Source: an uncultured Chloroflexia bacterium | GTDB taxonomy: Bacteria; Chloroflexota; Anaerolineae; Anaerolineales; E44-bin32 | Assembly (NCBI GenBank): GCA_963797485.1 | Contig: CAWCPF010000001.1 | Span: 219,567 to 283,566 of the forward strand | Direction: 5' to 3' | DNA: 64,000 nt | Part shown: piece after piece, positions 21,430 to 30,590 of the stretch | Layout of the letters: the number at the start of each line of letters is the position of its first letter | Position numbering within the stretch: the stretch's first letter is position 1 | The notes under the pieces: model-generated | What the model was told of the DNA's origin: nothing | The model's input: the letters and a program-made list of their open reading frames with translations, nothing else | The model's database searches: none | Position numbers and translations under genes: made by a program

Positions 21430-22155
21430 ATGTTTCTCTTTTGGGATCCAACCTATCTGGCCTTCATGATTCCAGGCCTGCTGCTCAGTCTGCTGGCCCA
21501 ATGGTGGGTGAAATCTACCTACCGGACCTGGAGCAAAGTGCCCAACGCACAGGGTCTCAACGGCGCGGAAGCTGCACAGAAGCTGCTTGCATCGGCCGGC
21601 CTGGGACACGTCGGCCTGAAGGGCATTCAGGGCCAACTGACGGACAACTACGATCCGCGCAACCAAACCCTCAACCTTTCTACGGGCGTCGCACAAAGCC
21701 CGTCGGTGGCATCGCTGGCCATCGCCGCCCATGAGATTGGCCACGCCATACAGGACCAGCAAGGCTATCTGCCGATGCGTTTCAGATCGGCCCTGGTACC
21801 GGCGGTCAGCATCGGTTCGAATCTGGGCATCATCCTGATCATGGCCGGGTTGGTCCTGCAGGGCTTCTTAGGGGCCACTTTATCGATCCAAATCGCCTGG
21901 CTGGGCGTGTTGTTCTTTGCGGGGGGTGCGGTGTTCGCCGTGGCCACGCTGCCCGTCGAGTTGGACGCTTCGTCCCGGGCCAAGGTCCTGCTCCGCCAGA
22001 CAGGGTTGGTGACGTCTCCAAAGGAGGCCGCAGGCGTGAGTTCGGTGCTGCGCGCGGCTGCCTTCACCTATGTAGCCGGTCTGGCCACGGCCATCTTTCA
22101 GTTGCTGTACTTCGTGAGCCTGGTGGGGGGCATGGGGGGCCGGCGCCGAAGCTGA
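21430..22155 (+). CDS. Membrane zinc metallopeptidase (YugP-like)
   Basis: LTDNYDP, AAHEIGHAIQ (HExxH), TLPVELDASSRA, AAAFTYVA. Confidence 0.9.
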   Translation: MFLFWDPTYLAFMIPGLLLSLLAQWWVKSTYRTWSKVPNAQGLNGAEAAQKLLASAGLGHVGLKGIQGQLTDNYDPRNQTLNLSTGVAQSPSVASLAIAAHEIGHAIQDQQGYLPMRFRSALVPAVSIGSNLGIILIMAGLVLQGFLGATLSIQIAWLGVLFFAGGAVFAVATLPVELDASSRAKVLLRQTGLVTSPKEAAGVSSVLRAAAFTYVAGLATAIFQLLYFVSLVGGMGGRRRS

Positions 22156-22248
22156 AAACCGCGCAGCCCAATTCGAACCTTGCCGCACCCGAGACCAACG
22201 GTTTTTGGAACACGGCCCTTCCAGAAGAACTTGGAAAGGCGGATGGTT

Positions 22249-22266
22249 TTGTGAATTCTTTCACAA
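22249..22266. promoter_or_regulatory. Perfect Rex-type operator palindrome
   Basis: TTGTGAA-TTCT-TTCACAA matches the Rex consensus TTGTGAANNNNTTCACAA; intergenic. Confidence 0.7.
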
Positions 22267-22307
22267 TCCGGCCGTGAATCGGCTGCACGACCAGATGGGC
22301 GCCTGCT

Positions 22308-22336
22308 TTGACACGCCCTTAAGCAAATGCTAGAAT
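22308..22336 (+). promoter_or_regulatory. Strong sigma70 promoter of the mgtE operon
   Basis: TTGACA-N17-TAGAAT with an extended TG. Confidence 0.8.
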
Positions 22337-22342
22337 CCCGCC

Positions 22343-22587
22343 TTGCCCTCGCCGAGCCAGCGTGACCTCGGCAGGCCTTATCACCTCAAGACCAACGGGT
22401 CTGTCCTGAGGCGCGGCGGGCGCTCTTCCCCGCACCCACAACGAACGGCGGACAGGTTTCCATGAATGGCCAGCCTGCCGCCTGAAGACCAGCAACCGTA
22501 GCCGGGGCGATGGTCCCAGGGATCCCGGCCGGTGGTTTGGCGCGAGCCGGATCGAGAATCCGCCCAGATCGAACCAGGAGGCCAACC
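22343..22587 (+). ncRNA. Candidate cis-regulatory structured leader RNA of mgtE
   Basis: About 245-nt 5' UTR with consecutive hairpins (GCCGAG/CTCGGC; CCTCA-AGACC/GGTCT-TGAGG; GGCGG-CAGG/CCTG-CCGCC). No family recognised. Confidence 0.5.
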
Positions 22588-23952
22588 ATGGACGAGAGCC
22601 TGGTCGAACAAGTCCGAGAACGCATCCGCAAATTCATTGACGCCGGTCGATTGGAAGACGCCGCCCAGGCCCTGATCGAGCTGCATCCTGCCGATCGCGC
22701 CCAGGCCTTCGCCGCCGCCGACGAAGACATCCGCGCCAAGCTGGTCCCACTGCTCGACCCCGAGACGACAGCCGAGCTGTTCGAAGAGCTCCCGGAGCAC
22801 CTGGCCGCCGAGACGTCCGAGCCGCTGGGCACCACCGAGCTTTCGGAAGTCCTGGACCGCATGGATCCGGACGAAGCTGCCGACCTGTTGGGCGACATGC
22901 CGCCGTTGAAGGCAGCCCTGGTCCTGGGCGAGATGGACCGCGCGGAAGACGTCCTGCCGCTGCTCCATCACGAGGACGAATCGGCCGGCGGCCTGATGAC
23001 GACATCCTTCCTGGCGGTGCGCCGTCAGATGACCGCCGCCGAGACAATCGACTTTCTGAGGCAGATCGGAACTGACTCCGAGATGCCCAACTACATTTAT
23101 GTGATCGATCGCAATGGCAAGCTTATTGGGAACATCAGTCTGCGGGACTTGATCGTGGCCCGGCCGGACACCCCGGTTGAGAACTTCATGAACCGGGACG
23201 TCGTCAGCGTCCTGGCCGGCACCGACCAGGAAGAGGTTGCCCGGATGTTCTCGCGCTACGACCTGACGGCCCTGCCGGTGGTCGATCGAGAAGGGGTGCT
23301 GCTCGGGGTGATCACCTACGACGACATCCTCGAAGTTCTCGAGGAAGAGGCGACCCAAGACGTCCTTAACCTGGCCGGTATCGAAGCCAGTGGAATCAGC
23401 GACCGGCCATACTGGTCTTTAAGCATCGGGCAGGTCGTGCGCTCGCGTTTTGTCTGGCTCCTGGCGCTGTTTGTGGCTGAAACTTTGACCGGGACGGTGC
23501 TGCGCCACTTTGAGGCCACACTCCAGGAAGTCGTCTCGCTCTCATTCTTCATCCCCTTGCTGATCGGTACGGGCGGGAATGCCGGTTCTCAGACCGTGGC
23601 CAGCATCATTCGCGCCCTGGCGCTGGACGAGGTTGAACCGCGGGACCTGATCCAAGTTGTGCTGCGCGAGCTGGGCGTCGGCGCGCTGTTGGGTTTGTTG
23701 CTCGGAGCCGTGGCCTACGGGCGAGTGCTGTTCTGGGGCCTGCCTCCGACCATGGCCCTGGTCGTGGCCGTCACCATCTTGAGCATCTGCATCTGGGCCA
23801 ACACGGTTGGTTCGCTGATCCCGATTGCCGCCGACGTGGTCGGCATCGACCCAGCTGTGATCTCAGCCCCCATGATTACGACTCTGGTGGACGCCACCGG
23901 GCTGCTGATTTACTTCAGCGTCGCCATTCTGGTCCTCCACCCCACGGCATAG
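22588..23952 (+). CDS. mgtE: Magnesium transporter MgtE
   Basis: MgtE N domain (LHPAD, MDPDEAADLL), CBS pair, TM domain IGTGGNAGSQ and DPAVISAPMITTLVD; SD AGGAGG. Confidence 0.95.
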   Translation: MDESLVEQVRERIRKFIDAGRLEDAAQALIELHPADRAQAFAAADEDIRAKLVPLLDPETTAELFEELPEHLAAETSEPLGTTELSEVLDRMDPDEAADLLGDMPPLKAALVLGEMDRAEDVLPLLHHEDESAGGLMTTSFLAVRRQMTAAETIDFLRQIGTDSEMPNYIYVIDRNGKLIGNISLRDLIVARPDTPVENFMNRDVVSVLAGTDQEEVARMFSRYDLTALPVVDREGVLLGVITYDDILEVLEEEATQDVLNLAGIEASGISDRPYWSLSIGQVVRSRFVWLLALFVAETLTGTVLRHFEATLQEVVSLSFFIPLLIGTGGNAGSQTVASIIRALALDEVEPRDLIQVVLRELGVGALLGLLLGAVAYGRVLFWGLPPTMALVVAVTILSICIWANTVGSLIPIAADVVGIDPAVISAPMITTLVDATGLLIYFSVAILVLHPTA

Positions 23953-23956
23953 CCGC

Positions 23957-24847
23957 ATGGCCGGAGTCTTGATCCTCAACCCTTATGCCGGCCGCTGGAA
24001 GGGGCGCTCCAAGCGAGCGGAAGTGGAATCCGCCCTGCGCCGGGAGGGAGTTGAGGTCGAGGTCTGGGAGAGCACGCACGCCGGGGAGGTGATCGACTTG
24101 GCGCGCACGGCGGCCGCCTCGGCCAAGGCTCCCCTGCTCATCGCCGGCGGCGACGGCACGATCGGCGAAGTTGTGAATGGCCTGTATCAGACTCACCCCG
24201 AGGGCGTCCTGGGTCCCATCGGCATCTTTCCGGTTGGCACCGCCAATGACCTGGTCGTCAATTTGGGCCTGCCGACCAACCCGGCAGAGGTGGCGGCGGC
24301 GATCCGCCGAGGCACCACCCGTCGCATTGACCTGGGCCGCGTCAATGAATGGGTGTTCGACAACAACTCGGCCGTCGGGCTCGAGCCGGTCGTGACCCTG
24401 TACAACATCCGCATGCGCCATTTGCGCGGCCTCATGCGCTACCTGGTGGCGGCGCTTCGAGCCATCGGCGACAAGCGCGAATGGAGGATGCGCATCGAAT
24501 GGGATGACGGGCGGGCCGAGGGCCCGGTGAGCCTGGTCTCGGTCGGTAACTGTGCCATCACGGGCGGGCTGTTCCGGATGGCGCCCGCGGCCGATCCAAC
24601 CGATGGCCGGCTGACCTTTGTCTATGGCTATGCACCCACCCGGCGCAAGATGCTCGCCTTGCTGCCGCGGACCATGTCCGGCACCTATGTGGACGACCCA
24701 GCCATCCACCAGCACCACACCAGAAGGCTGGTGATCACCAGCCAGCCCGCCACTCCGCTTCAAGTCGACGGCGAGCTGCGTTCCGAGGCGGTTGAACGCC
24801 TTGAGTATGACGCCCTGCCGCAGAAGCTGGACTTGTTTACGCCATGA
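23957..24847 (+). CDS. Diacylglycerol kinase family lipid kinase (YegS/BmrU-like)
   Basis: NPYAG, GGDGT, PVGTANDL, QVDGE. Confidence 0.9.
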   Translation: MAGVLILNPYAGRWKGRSKRAEVESALRREGVEVEVWESTHAGEVIDLARTAAASAKAPLLIAGGDGTIGEVVNGLYQTHPEGVLGPIGIFPVGTANDLVVNLGLPTNPAEVAAAIRRGTTRRIDLGRVNEWVFDNNSAVGLEPVVTLYNIRMRHLRGLMRYLVAALRAIGDKREWRMRIEWDDGRAEGPVSLVSVGNCAITGGLFRMAPAADPTDGRLTFVYGYAPTRRKMLALLPRTMSGTYVDDPAIHQHHTRRLVITSQPATPLQVDGELRSEAVERLEYDALPQKLDLFTP

Positions 24848-25677
24848 CCCGCTGCCTGATCGTGAACGCCGACGATTTTGGCCTCACCCCTGGCGTGTGC
24901 CAGGGAATCGTGCGGGCCCACCGGGAAGGTATCGTGACCTCCACCAGCGTGCTGGCCAATCTGCCTGGCTCGGCCGAGGCCGCCTCCGGCGCGCATGCCG
25001 ATGCGCCCCGTCTGGGCGTGGGCGTGCATCTCAATCTGACCCGGGGCGCCCCGCTGGCGTCCCCGGACGTCGTCCCCGACCTGGTCAACTCACAGGGTAA
25101 ATTCCTGAGCTATGCAGAGCTCACAAGACGCGCCGCCGATCTGGATCTGGACCAGGTGCGAAGAGAATGGGCGGCCCAGATCTCGGTCCTGACCGCCGTC
25201 GTGCCGGTTGACCACCTCGACAGCCATCATTTCGTTGCCGAGCTCTCTCCGCATGTCTGGCAGCTCTACCTCGAACTGGCGGCCGAGCATCGTCTGGCCG
25301 TTCGGGGTCCTCGACCGCCCAAGCTCGGCCGGCAGAAGCTCCAACCAGACGGCGCGGCGGCTCCTATCCTGGATCGGGAATGGGCCCGCGCCGAGTTGGC
25401 GGCCTCAGGCGTGGTGACGCCGGACGGCCTGCGCGTGGATTTCTTCGGCGAAGACGCCAATCAGCCGCTCCTCGACCATCTTCTGCGCGATCTCCCCCAG
25501 GGCGTGACTGAGCTCATGACCCATCCCGGACTGGTCACCCCAGAGCTCGTGACCGGCAGTGACTATGCGCAGGAACGCGCCGCCGAGCTGGCGGTCCTCA
25601 CCTCCGACGCGACCCGGCACGGGGTCGAAGCCGCCGACATCCGGTTGGTCCGATTTGCAGATGGCCTGCCAGGTTGA
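24844..25677 (+). CDS. ChbG/YdjC-family carbohydrate deacetylase
   Basis: NADDFG, GVHLNLT, HLDSHH, ELMTHPG. Confidence 0.9.
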   Translation: MTRCLIVNADDFGLTPGVCQGIVRAHREGIVTSTSVLANLPGSAEAASGAHADAPRLGVGVHLNLTRGAPLASPDVVPDLVNSQGKFLSYAELTRRAADLDLDQVRREWAAQISVLTAVVPVDHLDSHHFVAELSPHVWQLYLELAAEHRLAVRGPRPPKLGRQKLQPDGAAAPILDREWARAELAASGVVTPDGLRVDFFGEDANQPLLDHLLRDLPQGVTELMTHPGLVTPELVTGSDYAQERAAELAVLTSDATRHGVEAADIRLVRFADGLPG

Positions 25678-25680
25678 TCG

Positions 25681-26346
25681 GTGCTGCTAACCTGGCTCCT
25701 GCGCGTTTTCTTTCGTGAACTATACACTCGGCTTTCCTGGGCCTATGATGGGGTGGCGCAGCTCACGTCTATCGGTCAGTGGTTCGATTGGCAGACGGCC
25801 GCGTTGGGCTATCTACGTCCCGGCCGCGTGCTCGAGATCGCCTTTGGGACGGGACACATTTTGCAGACGCTGGCGGAGGATGATTACCCCGCCTTCGGGG
25901 TGGACCCTTCGGCGCAGATGGCAGCTCTGGCCAGCCGCCGTCTCCGGCGCCATGGACACGCCTTGCAGATTGCTCGCGCGGAAGCGCAGCACCTGCCCTT
26001 TGCCGACCAGTCCTTTGATTGCGCGCTGTCGACCTTTCCAAGTGAGTTCATCTTCGAGGCCGCCAGCCTGGGGGAGTGTTGGCGGGTGTTGAAATCATCT
26101 GGCCGCATCATCGTGGTCCCAATGGCCGAGGTCACGGGCCTGTCTGTTTGGGACCGATGGGCGGGATGGCTGTACCGAGTGACGCGGCAATCCGGGCCAA
26201 CCCAGCTTGGATGGGCTGATCCCTTCCGGCGAGCCGGATTCCAAGTTGAGGTGCATGCGGTGGCGCTGCCCAGGGCGAAAGTGGCGGTGATCACGGGCGA
26301 CAAACCTGCGCTGCCGCCCCCAAAGCAGGATCGGAGGGCAGATTGA
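25681..26346 (+). CDS. Class I SAM-dependent methyltransferase
   Basis: VLEIAFGTG, GVDPSAQM, LPFADQSFD. Confidence 0.85.
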   Translation: MLLTWLLRVFFRELYTRLSWAYDGVAQLTSIGQWFDWQTAALGYLRPGRVLEIAFGTGHILQTLAEDDYPAFGVDPSAQMAALASRRLRRHGHALQIARAEAQHLPFADQSFDCALSTFPSEFIFEAASLGECWRVLKSSGRIIVVPMAEVTGLSVWDRWAGWLYRVTRQSGPTQLGWADPFRRAGFQVEVHAVALPRAKVAVITGDKPALPPPKQDRRAD

Positions 26347-27122
26347 AACTCGCGCAGCCTGGGGATTTAGCGATGTTGGTCGCCGAAGGTGGCAAGCAGT
26401 TCATCTTCAAGCTGCAGCCCGGATTGACCTTTCAATCCCACCAGGGCGTGATCCCTCACCTGGATTTGATCGGTCGAGCCTGGGGGGCTAGTGTGCAGAC
26501 CCACCTGGGGCACCCGCTCCATTTCTTCCGACCGACGCTGCGTGACATCCTGCTCCTCATCAAGCGGCGATCGCAAATCATCTTCCCCAAGGACATCGGC
26601 TACATCCTGCTCCGGCTCTCGGTCGCGCCGGGCTCGCGGGTTCTGGAGGCCGGAACAGGTTCGGGCGCCCTTACCACGGCGCTTGCATGGGCGGTCGGCC
26701 CGACGGGGCATGTGATCTCGTACGATCGCCGTCAGGACATGCAAGATTTGGCTCGACAGAACCTCGATCAGGTGGGTTTGTTGGACCGCGTCAGACTGGT
26801 CCAGGGGGATGCCGAGCAGGGGTTCGACGCCCAGGAAGTGGAGTCGGTCTTTTTCGACTTGCCGGCCCCGCACCTGTACCTGGACCAAGCGCGCGCCTGC
26901 ATGCTCAACGGGGGGACGCTCGGGGCGATCGTGCCGACCGCCAACCAGGTATCCGATTTGCTGGCGGCCCTTCAGGCCCGGCCCTTCGTAAACATCGACG
27001 CGTGCGAGATCTGGCTGCGTTACTACAAGAACGTTCCCGAACGTCTGCGCCCGGTGGACCGAATGGTGGCCCACACGGGTTATCTGGTGTTCGCACGCGT
27101 GGCTGACCCAGCCGCCGGCTGA
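26343..27122 (+). CDS. trmI: tRNA (adenine58-N1)-methyltransferase
   Basis: QIIFPKD, VLEAGTGSGALT, FDLP, RPVDRMVAHTGYL. Confidence 0.9.
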   Translation: MKLAQPGDLAMLVAEGGKQFIFKLQPGLTFQSHQGVIPHLDLIGRAWGASVQTHLGHPLHFFRPTLRDILLLIKRRSQIIFPKDIGYILLRLSVAPGSRVLEAGTGSGALTTALAWAVGPTGHVISYDRRQDMQDLARQNLDQVGLLDRVRLVQGDAEQGFDAQEVESVFFDLPAPHLYLDQARACMLNGGTLGAIVPTANQVSDLLAALQARPFVNIDACEIWLRYYKNVPERLRPVDRMVAHTGYLVFARVADPAAG

Positions 27123-27216
27123 GAATCTGGAAACCTGTTATCGGCGTCCGACATCCAACCCCGGGCTTCACCAGACCAGCCGGGGCGGACGCAGGGCCTC
27201 CGGAAGGAGAAGACCA

Positions 27217-27780
27217 GTGTTCTTTCGAAGACGGCCATTTCGACGCCGATGGCTCCGCCCAAGGCTCCTGCCGCTGCGCAGAGCCCTTCGGTCGGCGCAT
27301 CGGTCCATGCAGGCCCAACGCTTCGACGAGGCGGCGCAGGAGTTTCAGGCCCTGGCCCAGGAAGCCGAGCGCCTCGATCTCCCCGCTGCTCCGCAGCTGT
27401 TTCTCCAAGCTGGGCGCGCCTTGCTTTCGGCGGGCCGCGAAGCCGAAGCCAAGCCGCGGCTGTTGCGAGCCTTCCATATGATGGACGAACGCCACGATCC
27501 GCGCTTGGCCCCCTTGGGCCGGCGGCTGGTCGACGACCTGCGCGCCGACGGGCGGTCCGATCTTGCCACGGCTTTGGAGGCTGAGCTGAGCGCGCTCTCC
27601 AGCGTCGCAGGGGCGACCACGGTCACATGGACGCCCACCGCGCGCTTGCTGCTTCCGGCCAAGTGCCCGTGGTGCGGCGGGAGCGTCCACACGGACGAGG
27701 TGGATTGGTCGGACCCGGAGCGGCCGGGGTGTGCCTATTGCGGCAGCCCGCTGGTCGGCAGCGACGGCGATGGCGGATAG
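27217..27780 (+). CDS. Hypothetical helical protein with C-terminal zinc ribbon
   Basis: Arg-rich N-terminus, TPR-like helices, CPWC-x17-CAYC; overlaps the next gene's start. Confidence 0.7.
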   Translation: MFFRRRPFRRRWLRPRLLPLRRALRSAHRSMQAQRFDEAAQEFQALAQEAERLDLPAAPQLFLQAGRALLSAGREAEAKPRLLRAFHMMDERHDPRLAPLGRRLVDDLRADGRSDLATALEAELSALSSVAGATTVTWTPTARLLLPAKCPWCGGSVHTDEVDWSDPERPGCAYCGSPLVGSDGDGG

Positions 27781-28348
27781 CCTTCCCGATCGACTGCAGC
27801 GCGCGCTGGCTGCTCGCCAGCCGCACGTGGTCACCGAATGGCAAGCCCGTCCGGCCGCGGTACTGGTGCCGCTCTTTTGGGAGGCCGGTGAATGGCACTT
27901 GCTGTTCACGCAGCGGACCGAAGCCGTGGACACTCATCGCGGACAAGTGTCATTTCCAGGCGGCGCCATCGAGAACACCGACGGCACGCCTCTGGCAGCC
28001 GCGCTCCGGGAAGCCGAAGAGGAGATCGGGCTGCCGTCCAACCTGACCCGGGTTTTGGGCCAACTGGACCCCTTGTTGACGGTGACTCAGTTTCTGGTCA
28101 CCCCCATCGTGGCGCGGATCGAATGGCCCTTCCCGATCGTGCTAAACCGGCAGGAGGTGGCGGAAACGTTCGGCGTGCCGCTGGCATTCCTCTCCGATTC
28201 GAAAAACCTGCAGTTGGAGAGCCGTGAGCCCTTGATCCCCGGGCGCCCGGTCCAGGTCTACTCATTCCTTCCCTACCACGATCACGTGATCTGGGGCGTG
28301 ACGGCCCGGATCACCATCGATCTGTTGAGCCTGCTGCAGGGGCTCTAA
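27770..28348 (+). CDS. Nudix hydrolase, CoA pyrophosphatase family
   Basis: AAVLVP, LLFTQR...HRGQVSFPGG, ALREAEEEIG Nudix box, IWGVTA. Confidence 0.92.
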   Translation: MADSLPDRLQRALAARQPHVVTEWQARPAAVLVPLFWEAGEWHLLFTQRTEAVDTHRGQVSFPGGAIENTDGTPLAAALREAEEEIGLPSNLTRVLGQLDPLLTVTQFLVTPIVARIEWPFPIVLNRQEVAETFGVPLAFLSDSKNLQLESREPLIPGRPVQVYSFLPYHDHVIWGVTARITIDLLSLLQGL

Positions 28349-28354
28349 ACCAGG

Positions 28355-28388
28355 CAAACAAAAAGGAGGAGGCAGGGCCTCCTCCCTC
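28355..28388 (-). terminator. Intrinsic terminator after rplY, between convergent genes
   Basis: GGAGGAGGC-cct-GCCTCCTCC followed by TTTTTGTTT on the minus strand. Confidence 0.8.
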
Positions 28389-28407
28389 AAAGCATTCCAA
28401 TCCCAGC

Positions 28408-29092
28408 TTACTCTTTTTCCTCGGCCTCTCCGGCTTCCTCGCCTTCGACCTCTTCCCGCCGATGGCGCTCGACAAGCTCGGGCTCGGCGGCCACGCCAAC
28501 GGCCTCCACCTCTTCGACGACGACCTCTTCCACTTCTTCGGCCATGTAAATCACATGGGCAATGGTGTCCGTCGCAGCATTGAGGATGCGGACCCCCTTG
28601 GCAACGACCAAGTCGGCGACAGTGATGGAGTCGTCTATTTCGAGCCAGAACGCCCAGATCCACGGTGATGCGGTCCGGCAAATCCCCGGGCAGGGCCTCA
28701 ACTTCAACTTCATTGATGCCGGCCACGAGCACACCGCCCTGCTCCTTGACCGCCGGTGCAGATCCGACGAGCTCGATGGGCACCTCTGTCCGGATGACGA
28801 CGTCCATGGCTACCTTGAGGAAGTCCACGTGCAGCATCGATCGGGTGATCGCATCACGCTGCACATCGCGGATGATCACCTTGTGGGTGTCTCCACCCAC
28901 GTTGAGATCGATCAGAGTCGAGCCGGTGATGCCGGTCATGACTTTGGCCGTTTGGCGCGCATCAAGGCTCAAGGGGATGGGCTCGATCCCGGTCCCGTAC
29001 AGGATCGCCGGCAGTTGTCCCTGCCGCCGGATCTCCTTCACGTGCTTGCCCAGTTGATCCCGGGCGCTGGCTTCAAGAATGTGCGTTTCCAA
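28408..29092 (-). CDS. rplY: 50S ribosomal protein L25/Ctc (frameshift near 28645)
   Basis: IRRQGQLPAILYG, DVQRD...HVDF, GGVL, ALPGDLP; acidic tail in the second frame. Confidence 0.92.
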
Positions 29093-29164
29093 AACAGCTG
29101 CCTCCGATGCCCTTGCCTATCGCCGTCTGGCTTCGACTTCCTGTGCCGGCGGCGTCGATTGTTA

Positions 29165-29653
29165 CTACCGGCGCAACAGCCGGGCAGCAAACAGGAAGGC
29201 CCCAAGGACCGCGCCGGCCGCCAAGCCGACCATCAAGGAACCGCGCGTGTCAAACAGGGCATTGGCGGTGCCATCCACGCGCCCGGCGACCAGGAAGATT
29301 GTGTTGCTGCCTTCGCTAAGCTCGGCCCGGCTGGCCAGGGTGAGACCGGCGCGTGAACCGCTCAGGCTCACCTTATTCCCCATGACCACAGCCACTCCGC
29401 TGTTTTCGAGGGACACCACTTCGCCGCGCACAGCGGCCGCTGCCGAAAGGTTGAGCGAGGCGGTTTCGGCCGTCACGATGCCAGCCCCGCCTGTCCGCAA
29501 GCCGACGTCCCCGGCCACAATCCGCCGGGCGCCCCCGCCCTGGATGCGAACCATTTCGGCCTCAATCGTCCCCACCCCCCCGCCTGTCAGGTTGACGATA
29601 TCGGCCTCTAGAGAGTCTTGTTTGACGACCTCTTCGCCTTCAGGTTCGCCCAT
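29165..29653 (-). CDS. Hypothetical protein with 15-residue beta-rich repeats and a C-terminal TM anchor
   Basis: Repeats EADIVNLTGGGVGTI / EAEMVRIQGGGARRI / VAGDVGLRTGGAGIV; ends in a hydrophobic helix followed by RLLRR. Confidence 0.75.
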   Translation of the reverse strand: MGEPEGEEVVKQDSLEADIVNLTGGGVGTIEAEMVRIQGGGARRIVAGDVGLRTGGAGIVTAETASLNLSAAAAVRGEVVSLENSGVAVVMGNKVSLSGSRAGLTLASRAELSEGSNTIFLVAGRVDGTANALFDTRGSLMVGLAAGAVLGAFLFAARLLRR

Positions 29654-29906
29654 GACTGGCCTCAACGGGGCTAAAAACGACCCTGGCCCAACGCTTTGGG
29701 GGGTCGTGCGTGGCCCACGCATCTCTCCATTGGAATCGGCGCACAGCGGCCGCTATCTGGGCGCACAGTGCGCATCCCACAAGTCCGGCCCATTCTAACG
29801 GCCGGTGGTGGCTTCGTCAACCTTAGATTGATTTCATCCGGCCGGGAGGTTAAACTTACCGATTGCCCTTCGCTCGGCTGCCGAGCACGGCACATTTGGC
29901 AGGTGT

Positions 29907-30590
29907 ATGGCACACTCATTGAAGCTCAATCTCGCGCTGGCCAGCGCCCTGGTCCTGTCGGGCCTGGCATGGTCGGCGCGCCCCGCCCAGGTCCCAGGCT
30001 TCGCTGAGATCAGCCGCCCGTCGGCTGGCGAAGCGCTCTCCGCGGTCGTCACAATCGAAGGCACCGCTTCCCATCCGGCCTTTCAGGCTTACGCGATCAG
30101 CTTCGCCTATGATCCGAATCCGACCCACACGTGGTTTCCGATCGGGGACCGTTCCACAACCCCGGTCAGCGATGGACGGCTGGCGCTGTGGGATACGACC
30201 GGAATCACACCCGGAACCTACCAGGTGCGGCTGACGGTCCTGTTGGAAGGCGGCAGGAGCCTCGAGGCCATCGTGGGTGGACTGGTGATCGGGGGCGCCG
30301 GCGGCGGAGCCGCTTCATCCGAGGCCACTGCCCTGCCCCCGCCTTCGACCCAGGCGGCATCGACGCAGGCTGCCAACCCGATCGTGCCGGCCGTAGAGGC
30401 ACAACCGCCCACGCCGGGTTCGAACCTGGTGGCGGTGCTCAAGATCGGCGTTTTCAGCGCCATCGCCGCCCTGGCGTTGATCGGCGGATACGCCTACTTA
30501 CGGCCGAAATTGCGGGTTTACCTGGGATCGCTCCAGACCCGCCGCCTTCACCCCAGACGCAGGCCAAGCCCCCGCGAGGGCAGGCGATGA
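29907..30590 (+). CDS. Exported protein: signal peptide, Ig-like beta domain, Pro/Ala linker, C-terminal TM helix
   Basis: Hydrophobic N-terminus, VTIEGTA...WDTT...GTYQVRLTV, TM helix with basic tail; ATGA overlap with pth. Confidence 0.75.
   Translation: MAHSLKLNLALASALVLSGLAWSARPAQVPGFAEISRPSAGEALSAVVTIEGTASHPAFQAYAISFAYDPNPTHTWFPIGDRSTTPVSDGRLALWDTTGITPGTYQVRLTVLLEGGRSLEAIVGGLVIGGAGGGAASSEATALPPPSTQAASTQAANPIVPAVEAQPPTPGSNLVAVLKIGVFSAIAALALIGGYAYLRPKLRVYLGSLQTRRLHPRRRPSPREGRR

Noticed and set aside
22156..22248. Possible tRNA or sRNA (TTCGAA motif) after the peptidase gene
   Set aside because: No cloverleaf, acceptor stem or complete T-arm can be drawn.
22346..22485. Leader peptide (MgtL-like) or M-box riboswitch upstream of mgtE
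   Set aside because: The short ORFs (TTG-started 40 aa; MNGQPAA) lack an SD, and the M-box conserved sequences are absent.
30131..30586. Long N-terminal extension on Pth in the ORF track
   Set aside because: It is an alternative frame of the upstream gene; Pth starts at the ATGA overlap at 30587.
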